A DNA stretch of 64,000 nucleotides from Antedon mediterranea. Its lineage: Eukaryota; Animalia; Echinodermata. The translations under genes and the position numbers were made by a program. A model generated the notes under the pieces. The model made no database searches, was not told the origin of the DNA, and saw only the letters and a list, made by a program, of their open reading frames with translations. Below, one piece after another: positions 36,601 to 48,600 of the stretch. Where the stretch lies: NCBI RefSeq assembly GCF_964355755.1, contig NC_092675.1:31406912-31470911 (forward strand). Reading direction: 5' to 3'. Numbering within the stretch: the first letter of the stretch is position 1; each line of letters starts with the position of its first letter.

Positions 36601-39600
36601 TGTTTAACTGATCATTTCGTGCATGAGAACTAATGTCTACTGCTTTTTGATCATTAATTCTTGACCTTTTAGACATTAACGTTGTTCTATACATTGTGCA
36701 TACTTCACAGCGATTTCCCTCAACAAATATACAGCAGTTCACGTGCCTTATTGTTCTTTCACCATTTGTGTCCTCTTCCATTGCCACTGTTGATCCAGAA
36801 ATACTATTAAACACTGCTAGGTTTGATGGTGATTGCTTGCGACAAAGTTGGATGAACTCAGTGTTTCCACAGCAAATTGCAGATTTCCATATCCATGTCA
36901 ATAAACATTCTGCATTATCTTCTGTCAGAATTTCAGGAAATTTTGCACATCTATTTGTAGAATCCTTCAACAAAACATTTACTTTCCATGAGCATGTGGC
37001 ATAAATATGCACACAAACAATAGGAAGATCATTAATTATCTTAATGAATGTGACTTTGTCGGTTCCAAGTTGTGCTACAAAGCCAAGATTCTTCCCAATT
37101 GCTAGAATTTTGTTGAGATTGATCAATGGAACAGAAAATGCACATACAGAACAATTATCATCGGAATGTTCAGCAAATGGCAAAAGATGAATTGATATTT
37201 CTTTGTCTTTTTTCTTATTGCGGAAAGTCCGCCAACGATGTAATTTCATCTTACAGCAGTTGCAGATGAAGTTGGGATGGATGCCATCTACATCTTGCAA
37301 CACATCAACTCCTAATGAAAGGTTGATATCTCTTGCATAGCACAACTTGGATTTCAATAGATTTATTTTAGAGCAGTTTTTTTTACCACATAATCTACAG
37401 AGATCCTGGAGGCAACATTTGTGCCGTTCCATTTTCTACAATTTCCTGAAATTAAATTAATTTAGAAATTATAAAAAAAATCATTGGCATTTAAAAAAAA
37501 TGTACTTATTGCTAATATTGTAAAATAAAGTTAAATTACCTGGTATTACCATTAATTATTCTGTATATTTTGGTTACCAATTCAATGTTTGCAAGACATT
37601 TATGATATTTAAATATCTTAAAATTCTTATGTAACTTGCAGTTTACCAGATTTAATTTTGGCCTATGGTAGGTTAAAAACTACTAAAATTTAACAAAAAC
37701 AAACCATATTAACCAACTAGTTGTACTGTAGTCTAGGCCTAGACTTAGTAGTGTAGAGGCCTAGCTAGCTAGTTTAGTAGTACTAGTAGCCTTACTTTAC
37801 TTTACTTAGCCTACTCTGTCTTACTAAAATGTGTTCACCATTGTATTAAAATTATAATATAAATTAGCCTATAACTATAAATTATATTAATAACAATGTT
37901 GAATAGGTTCACGAATCATAATATCAAACAAGAAGGATACTCTAGGCCTAGCCCCAGCATTATCTTCCTAACCCGTTGATTACGTCACACTTGATGAACC
38001 AACAAGCGACTCGCCGAGAAAAAAGCCCTATGTTGCAATGCATGTAGAGAAAATATACACGCGTGTACACGGTCGGGATTTTCACGGTTTGACACCTAAA
38101 TTATTAAATAATATTTACTAAAAAAAATCATTTTCCGACGTTATCGTGTTATCGATATATAATATAAAAACCATAAAATCTTAAACTTACGGTTATTTTG
38201 GTAAATATTACTCGATTTTCTTCTAATAAAATGTAATGGCTTTCTAAATTCAATATGGTTTCGGATAAGTTAAACTCTGACCCCACAAGCCCTCTCTAGA
38301 AGCAAATACAACCAAAAAAGTGTTTAAAATACATGTTCGGGGCGACTTAAATGCTAAGGGGCCTTGTAACAAGCGTATGAACGACCGGCTGCACTGACAA
38401 CGATGAAAGGCGACGTCCCGCGTGGCAGAGCGGAAGGCGGCTTTTTTGAACTCATTTAAGCGAGCCAATCAGCGTCCGAGGAAGTCAGTCATAGTTCATA
38501 TAGCACACAGCATTTTAATCTCTATTAGCTAGTTGAATCTCCTTCTTTTTTATACCTCCATGGTTCAGCAAAGGTACTGGTGGTAGGATAAGACTGATAC
38601 TAAAGGTCACAGGACTTAAGCAAACCTTTGTACATAATTGATAGGGTTTAGCAAATACAGTACATATGTCAAGGATGATGATGGATAACATACTATATAG
38701 AGGGCACTAGTAGCAGACCATGATTGTAGGAAAATTATATGGTTTACAAAATATGAGAAGCTTTTAATTTAAAGCCAAAAAGAAGATGGTGAAATATGCA
38801 TAAGACAAGATACTAACTTTTGTAATTGCTCAATTTGGTATGGCAATAATACACATATTACAGTATAATAAAAAAATGAAATCACTGAAATATTAATGCA
38901 ATATTAAATAAATGCATCGTCAGCTATGAAAACAGAGTTCAAATCATTCTTGGCATCCAAACAGTGAACTTTGTCATCAAATCAATTTAATTGCTTTAAA
39001 TAATTACCTGGTATTTGGGAAGCCAAGTTTATATAGTCCAACGACTACAGCGCCCCCAAGTCCGATATTATGCTGCAATGCTAGCTTAGCATTTGGTACT
39101 TGTCGTTTACCAGCTTCGTTCCTAAGTTGCCAACATAACTCAGAACACTGAGCAAGACCTACAAAAAAACAAATGTGCAGAACTAAATTTTACATGAGTA
39201 CTATTATTAATATAAGTCATTAGTGGGTACTACACTATCATCTTGGTCAAGCAATGTTAGTATACACACATGTACTGTAGGAAAAATTTACATTTACATC
39301 AGGGGTTAAAATTCTATAAATTAGTTGGCAGCATAAACTCTAAACCACCCGATATTGTGTGTATTATTCAGTTTAACAGAAAGGGCAGTGTAGGAATGAT
39401 TATTTTTAAATTCACTTTGTTGTTAATATATGCTAGTAGTGACTCTAATTAGCTTAGATCATAAAGTAGTTTTTTAGTTTTGTTGTGCGACAGCACAATT
39501 TATTTCAATACGGTCAAGATAAATAAAAATGATTGTCGAAAATAAAACCGTAAATAAGGTCAAACCAAAAGAAAACAATTTTTCTTGTCCTGTTAGACCT

Positions 39601-42600
39601 TATACTTGGTAAAAATACAGATAGAAACGTAAATAAGTTTATGTTGTAAAATAATAAACACATATATAGATGTGAATTTATAAGTAAAAGAGACATTCAT
39701 AAATCTTGCTAATAATGAGTGATTGCTTAAATCTATGGAAATATTTGAAAAGGACAAAACAACTCTAACTATCTGTACAATTCATCCACCATTGTCCACA
39801 AATACAAGCCAACTTAAGTACAGCTGCTTATGTTATATCCGGTATTAAAGTGTTGATGTAATACATGTCACATTACATTAAGTTTACTTCAAATAGTTGG
39901 CATCATATCAAACTATACCAAACCGTACCCCATACTAACTTTATTTATTCTATTGCTTCTAGTTGAAAACTTAACACAACCTTTTATCTTTATAAATTCT
40001 ACTTATTTTTTAATTTAATTTAAATTGTTACATGTTTATGTCTTGTCATATTGTATTTTTGTGAGAGTCCCTAATGATCAGCTTCGGCTGGATGCACCAC
40101 CCTCTTAAAATATATAAAATATCAAAATAAAACAATATAAATTAAACCAGTCATTGCAGCTACAAATAGCACATAGTAACTGAAGTTGGATTGGATCATG
40201 ATGAAGAATATCATTGCTAACAAATTAAGTATGCTTATTTAGTTCAGAAAAATCACTATGATTTCCACCAACAAAGTAACCATGGTTTCTTTTGTATAGA
40301 ACATTACATTTTCAGCACATAATAAAGTGACAAACAAGTGACAATGTGGTGCTCATCTTGGGTTTAGTTGAATCATTGAGTATGATACCATAAAGTTCAA
40401 ATTTAACTAAAGGACAATGTTATCTGTTCATCTAGTGTCTCACTGACTACGGTCTGACTTAAGTTCAAACTCACAAAACCAAAGGACATTGTGGTAGTCA
40501 TCTCCTGTGTAATTGACTTATTGAGTGTGACTTAAGCTGAAAATCAAAGGCATTTCAGTGGTTCATTGGAGCATAGAGATATTATAATATCTCTATGATT
40601 GGAGGTTCAGTTAAACAGTGTTACTTTGGGATAAAAAAAAAAAACTAATTTTGTTGTTTTGAAACTTTCGATATTGTGTGTTAATACAATATTTAACTCC
40701 TTTGTATCCACAATCTTTAAGAAGTTGATTAATTTGTGAACAAACTGTAATTAGTAGAGTTTACGTTCCTGTACCAAGTCATCAATTCAAATTGACCTAA
40801 CCTAATGGGTTGGCCGAATCAACCAAGTCTGATTCACTTCCGGATGGTAGTAAACACACAAGGCTTGGATGGCCTAAGCCACAAGTTAATTAAGAATCTT
40901 AAGTCTAGTTTCTTAATTGAAACGTCAACTATAATGTGCAAAAGGGTCAAGGACATGATAGTTAGTTTTTTTAGCTTGACATCTTCGACCCACTTTCCCT
41001 CGAGTGTACACTTATTCCGGCATTCACTTCACTTTCTTTTTGCTTCAGTCAATTCAAGCTGTTAAATAGACTTATTAGTTTATTCTTAATTTGTTAATAG
41101 ACACTTCATAATAATTCCATTAGAAATGAACCTGTATTTATGATTTGGACCTATTTGTATTTATTTACTGAGCACTATTTATGATAAAGACCTATTTGAA
41201 TGTGTCAGGATCCTTAAAAGTATATCTTTTGATGTTATTAACTGTATTTTTAAACCTGTAACATTTGAATTAAACAAATGTAAATATTTATGTAAACACT
41301 AAATAAATGCATTACATTTTAGTTACTATTGTTCATGAATATAATTTAATAACAAATATAACATCCACACAAATGCTTAGATGAAGGTTATCGGTTCCAT
41401 GACCTTTAAATCCTTCATTTTCATTGGTTAATATATAATCATAACTAAATTTATATCACAAAAATTATCCTAAAACAGTTGACAGAAAATTAACATTGGC
41501 CTACATATATCCCAGATATTTAAATTAAATCACAACTATAGTTAGTTTTTTCATGTATTTTTCATTTTAAGTTGATTTGAAGCAGAAGACAGATTTGTTA
41601 AAATGTTGGTTTGACAGCTCTGATTCACCAACTGTACAGTAAAGTATAGGGACAAAAGGGGTTATATATATAACACTGGTTTTTTAACTTATGGGTCGAC
41701 TATAAAGAGGAAAAGAAGTGGTAGGGAAGCATTGTGTCCATCCATAGTAAATAGAGTACAAACTGACCAATAATGAATTCTAACATACCTGTCGCATCAA
41801 GCGGGTGTCCTTTGGAAATAAGTCCTCACAAACTGACCAATGATAAATATTAACATACCTGTCGTACCAAGCGGGTGTCCTTTGGAAATAAGTCCTCACA
41901 AACTGACCAATGATAAATATTAACATACCTGTCGCACCAAGCGGGTGTCCTTTGGAAATAAGTCCTCACAAACTGACCAATGATAATATTAACATACCTG
42001 TCGCACCAAGCGGGTGTCCTTTGGAAATAAGTCCCCCACTTGGATTCACAACATATTTTCCACCATACGTGTTGTCTCCTCTGTCAATCATATTACCTGC
42101 TTCACCTGAAATAAATCAAGTATATAAAATATAGGAATTAGACAGATAATAAATAGTTAGAAAAGTAAAATTCATATCAGGAGTAACTTGCTTGCAAACT
42201 AGTATGATTTAAACAATGTAAAATGTATTATCCTTGTGATATATAGAAATTAGATTGTTGGAGGTAGTACAATTTATGATAGGAGTCAGAATGCCAGCAA
42301 ACTTGCTAAAATAATCTCATTAAAAATGTGTATCCAAACAATGGATGGACAAAACAGTTATGTCTAAATCTTAAGATCTGTCTACAAAGTTTATGTGACA
42401 AAAAATGTGATGCGCCCATATATGGACATGGTGGTGTCATATCACTCCCATATATGGGCTTTTTTTTGTCAAACTAGTTGTATAGACAGAGCCTAAAGTA
42501 CAGTATGTACTCTAGGATATACACCTGTGTCCATTTTATTGATGTTAAATTGTTAAAAGGTCAGTAGTTCAGTTTGATGCCTCTCAACTGGGCCAAATTG

Positions 42601-45600
42601 TTAATAAGAATGTAACTGCTATTAATTAATTAATGAGACTTAAATTAATCACTGCCGATATAATTTAGTTGGATGTGAGTCATAAACAAATACTTATTTA
42701 TACTGCCAGTTATGATAATTAATGTTTCTTATTTGCTAAACAAATTTACTTTATTAGATATTGTACTCTCATAAAATATGTTGTTGATAGTATTCCAGTA
42801 GATTTTTAAATAGTTGAATGAATGTAAATATTGAAATAAGGTGATCTCAATTTAGTGTGATTCTTATCCAACCAAGTACCACAAATTAAAAAATTGTTTA
42901 AGCCTCTTTAATTAAGATCCAAATTATAAACAGTATTTAAGCATACCTAAGTATAAAAAAACCTATATTATATAAACACCACATGCACAGAAATATACAA
43001 ATTGCATGAACTTAGATTGAAGATGAGAAATGTACAATGATAAGTAAGGAAGGAAAAGAGTCATCTGGGGGTTGAACTAAATATGCTGATGTAGTACAGT
43101 GATACAGTAAGCAATTGACTCATGGCATACCATCATCATAATATATATAAATATGTTGATATAAAAAACACAGTTTATAAATAAAAGTTCTTTGATGTCA
43201 ATTAAAAAAATATGATGTAACAATTATCTTTATATTGTCTTCAAAAGATACCAGTTTGAAAATAAAATGTAATAAAAATATATTTTTTTGTTTGATCAAA
43301 AATTAGTATAGAAGTTAAATGTAAGTGAAAATTATTAAATAATCAATAAATCAGTTTCCATTAATTAAACAATGAAAACACATAAAAATAAATTAATGCT
43401 CAAAATCTCCCTAAAAAAAAACCGTGTTGGGCATATCGCAGGATTAAGCAACTTTTAAATTGAATACTCAGTAAAGTTAATACAGTCAGTAGAAATCAAA
43501 ATGTTTATTTAATACCGACAGTTTATAGGCAATTTTAAATTCTTTTTAATGTAATCATTTTACAAATAAAGTGTTGTCTTGATGTTCTTAAATGTTAAAA
43601 AGTTATTAAATTTACAACAACTTTTTAGAAACAAAATGTGGGGTAACCTAAGGGGAAGGGTCCCATGGGCAGCAGCGTACCAGCTGTTTGTGGTCACTCA
43701 GTCTAGTTTGCAGGGCATAATCATGACATTAGGTCAAGATCGCAGCTTAATTTGGGATACATATTCAACATGATGATATGATAGCACAGACAGGCAGCTT
43801 GGAACAGACAGTAGTTACATTTCTAGAAAGATACTTAAATAAAAGAGATGATACAAAGCAATAGCACATAGTCCAAGTGCTTCATATGTGATTAGTGAGA
43901 TATAATGCATTGTGGATAATTGTCATCACTTGTAACCTACCAGGAGCACATAGTCCAAGTGCTTCATATGTGATAAGTGAGGTATAATGCATTGTGGATA
44001 ATTGTCATCACTTGTAACCTATCAGGAGCACACAGTCCAAGTGCTTCATATGTGATAAGTGAGGTATAATGCATTGTGGATAATTGTCATCACTTGTAAC
44101 CTACCAGGAGCACACAGTCCAAGTGCTTCATATGTGATAAGTGAGGTATAATGCATTGTGGATAATTGTCATCACTTGTAACCTATCAGGAGCACACAGT
44201 CCAAGTGCTTCATATGTGATAAGTGAGATATAATGCATTGTGGATAATTGTCATCACTTGTAACCTACCAGGAGCACACAGTCCAAGTGCTTCATATGTG
44301 ATAAGTGAGGTATAATGCATTGTGGATAATTGTCATCACTTGTAACCTACCAGGAGCACATAGTCCAAGTGCTTCATATGTGATAAGTGAGATATAATGA
44401 ATTGTGGATAATTGTCATCACTTGTAACCTACCAGGAGCACATAGTCCAAGTGCTTCATATGTGATTAGTGAGATATAATGCATTGTGGATAATTGTCAT
44501 CACTTGTAACCTACCAGGAGCACACAGTCCAAGTGCTTCATATGTGATTAGTGAGATATAATGCATTGTGGATAATTGTCATCACTTGTAACCTACCAGG
44601 AGCACATAGTCCAAGTGCTTCATATGTGATTAGTGAGATATAATGCATTGTGGATAATTGTCATCACTTGTAACCTACCAGGAGCACATAGTCCAAGTGC
44701 TTCATATGTGATTAGTGAGATATAATGCATTGTGGATAATTGTTATCACTTGTAACCTACCAGGAGCACATAGTCCAAGTGCTTCATGTGTGATTAGTGA
44801 GATATAATGAATTGTGGATAATTGTCATCACTTGTAACCTACCAGGAGCACACAGTCCAAGTGCTTCATATGTGATTAGTTCATTTGCAGCAAAGCAATC
44901 ATGTAATTCCACTACTTGCACATCTGTTGCAGAATATGGGGTCTTCTGAAAAAGTTTCTCTGCTGCCTTTTTTGTCATGTCATACCCAACCTTTATTAAA
45001 AACAAACATTATCATTATTTATCAGAAAGAATAAACAACTTTGACTGTTAAAAAAAAAGAATCTCTGTATGATACCATTTTTTCTAGAGTTATTTATCAT
45101 TCAAAACTTACTACTTTCATACAGCTATTTTCTTCAAATGTGCTGGGAAGATCAGTTGCCATCTCCATACCAACTATTTCAACTGCCTTCTTTTGCAATC
45201 CATTTCTTTTCACAAATTCTTCACTGCAAACTATCACAGCTGCACTCCCATCTGAAGTTGGACTAAAACGAGTAAGCAAGAAGCATTAATGTTACATAAT
45301 GTACACTACACAAGATTCCCCAACTTACAAAGACATGTGCTCTTATGAAGCATCAGATACCTACAAAGACATGTGCTCTTGTGAAGCATCACATACCTAC
45401 ATTAATATCCTAAAGAAGGACACAGATTGAGAGGCAAAGATTGCATACATCAACATTTAAATTACATACAGATATTTTAAATAATAAAAAATAAACAATT
45501 TTTAAAAGAATTAAAAATCATTCTTACCAACATTGTAGCTTTGTTAGTGGTTCATGTACAACTGGAGAACTCTGAATCTCTTGCATAGAATATTCTTTTG

Positions 45601-48600
45601 TAAACTGAGCATATCTGAAATAGAATAAAAATATACTAATTGTTTAAACTATTAAAAAAATATAACAACTTTTTATTATTAGTTCAATGTTTATGGTTCT
45701 TAAACTACACTATCAAAAAAGTGTGATGTGCCCAAATATGGTAGTGATATGCTCAAATATGGTAGTAATATGACATCGTCATGTCCACATATGGGCACAT
45801 TACATTTTTTGTCAAATCAAGTTTGATAGTGTAGAGAGAGCTTTATTTGCTATTCTAACAAACACATGCTAACAAGTACAAACTTACGGATTATTAGTTG
45901 AATGTTTATGGTTCTTATAGGCTATTTTAGCAAAATGATCTGGATTTGTACCTGAAAGAAAAAGACTATTTTATTACTGTTAGTGTTACTGCCAATAATG
46001 TAAGAAAAAGACTATACTATTACTGTTAGTGTTACTGCCAATAATACTGTTAGTGTTAGTGCCAATAATGTAAGATTACAATATACAGTAATAAGATATC
46101 CTCGGCCAACTGTAATACTGTCAACACATATTATGCTGATGATGGTATAAAAAAGACAAAAACAAGTCACTGAAAGATCACCACATCCTGTTTAGTTTCA
46201 GAGGGAACAACATCTTTTTAAATGACTCAAAATAATGAATTGCTATAATAATAATGCATCAAGTTTTCTAAACTTTAGGGGTAGGTATATGGACATAGGA
46301 CACTATAAAGCATCATTGTGTTGTCATACAGTATGTCCCTTTGCTGACCCATGTGGCCCTTCGTAAACTTGTTTATGTATGTATTTTAGGTGTGCTGCCA
46401 TATAACCCATATATAGACATCCATTGATGACATAAAATAACAAAAAATATAATCATAAATAATGTATGTCTTTGAATTTGGATAATACACAATAAATTTG
46501 GAGGCGCAAGGGACCTAAGACCATGGGCCTAGAAATCCTGAATCAGCTACTGATTCCATGTCATTTTAGACATTAAGGGACCTATGACCATGGGCCTAGA
46601 AATCCTGAATCAGCTACTGATTTCATGTCATTTTAGACATTAAGGGACCTAAGGCCATGGGCCTAGAAATCCTGAATCAGCTACTGATTTCATGTCATTT
46701 TAGACATTAAGGGACCTAAGACAATGGGCCTAGAAATCCTGAATCAGCTACTGATTTCATGTCATTTTAGACATTAAGAGACCTAAGACCATGGGCCTAG
46801 AAATCCTGAATCAGCTACTGATTTCTTGTCATTTTAGACATTAAGGGACCTAAGGCCATGGGCCTAGAAATCCTGAATCAGCTACTGATTTCATGTCATT
46901 TTAGACATTAAGGGACCTAAGACAATGGGCCTAGAAATCCTGAATCAACTACTGATTTCATGTCATTTTAGACATTAAGAGACCTAAGACCATGGGCCTA
47001 GAAATCCTGAATCAGCTACTGATTTCATGTCATTTTAGACATTAACTGAGGGACCTATGACCATGGGCCTAGAAATCCTGAATCAGCTACTGATTTCATG
47101 TCATTTTAGACATTAACTGAGGGACCTATGACCATGGGCCTAGAAATCCTGAATCAGCTACTGATTTCATGTCATTTTAGACATTAAGGGACCTATGACC
47201 ATGGGCCTAGAAATCCTGAATCAGCTACTGATTTCATGTCATTTTAGAAATTAAGGGACTTATGACCATGGGCCTAGAAATTCTACTGATTCCATGTCAT
47301 TTTAGACATTAAGGGACCAACAATGATTTGGTAGAAGGGTTAAGTAGGTCAACGGGATGTGAATCTTCAACTGTTCATATTTACCCCATTAATTAGATAG
47401 GAAGAATAATGGGGTAATTGGAGACATAACAGGACCTTACCAAATCATCTTTACCCTAGAGATGCTAATTTGAGGGTAAGTAGGTCAGACGGAAATAATG
47501 AGATGTTAATCATCCATACAATCTACCCTAGAGATAGTATTTTGGGGGAAATGGTGACTGGGTCACTTGGGACATAAAGGAACCTTAACCATTCATTATA
47601 ATATTAATTTGGTATATATATATATAGTTATATGGGTCAGTATTAGGATTCTTCACAACCTTATCCTGAAATACAGTAGTGTTGTTTGTTAGTATATATA
47701 GTTCACTAGGACAACACTAAATTGCATGAAGATGTCTCTGTCATAACATCTGTGTTAATATTACATTTTAATTAATTATCTATATTGAAGACCTTTGGAT
47801 TAATTTATAGCAATTACATAATAAGCGATTGTTATTCTGTGACGGTGTATCTTGCTGCGACTAGTAAAGGTTGAATGTTCTGATGATCGTGGCCATAATT
47901 TTAATCGTCAAAAACATGATTGTTGTTGGTGATTGTTTGCGTCTCTGAACCCTGACTCGGGGCCCTACGTGGACCCAGCTTAGCCTTATTCGCTTCACTC
48001 GCAAGGTAAAGTACTTGACTACTAGTTGACTCCCCCATATTTTATTAATAATGTTAGTTTATTTAATGTAAAGTTTAAACTACTAAAAATTAAAAAGGTA
48101 CATTTTTAAAGCTTTGTGAATAATGCTCCAGATTATTAGTAAAATCTATCATTAAATACTACATTTTCCAGCTTGTTAGGTCACACACTAATGACAAGCC
48201 ATTGGAAATATTAGAATTAAACTAATTATATTCTATAATGAAAACCATACTAAACAAAATATTAAAATTTGGAATGAAAATATAGAATATAAACCACAGA
48301 TGACAGCTAGCTGTACTGTTGATATTAAAAATCATGGATTGATTATAGCTAGCCTTAGTTTGGAGCACGTCTTTAGTAATGAAACAGCATTTGACAGGGG
48401 AAGTAGTCATAGAGCTGTCCCAGCGCTCACTAGGCAAGAGTAGGCCTAGGGTTCAACCAGATGTGAAGGCCCAAGAGACTACCTAGGACATTGACAGTAA
48501 ACGTAGAGCCAATATAGGGTGCATACTTATTTAAAGTTGAGACTGGCTTAGTCAGAGGCCAACTAAATATTGAGTAAATTACCAAGTTCAATATCTGCCC

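Larger units (their letters stand above)
31965..38562. mobile_element. Two-gene P-superfamily DNA transposon in SCP2 intron 10
   Basis: Perfect 28-bp inverted repeat tataaaaaagaaggagattcaactagct at 31965-31992 and 38527-38554. The right side extends to cctccatg (38562), a P-like CA..TG end, while the matching outer left bases are missing. Encloses two convergent intact genes. Confidence 0.88.

Noticed and set aside
35886-37004. Plus-strand ORFs overlapping the transposase
   Set aside because: Antisense shadows of a long coding exon with no recognisable motifs.
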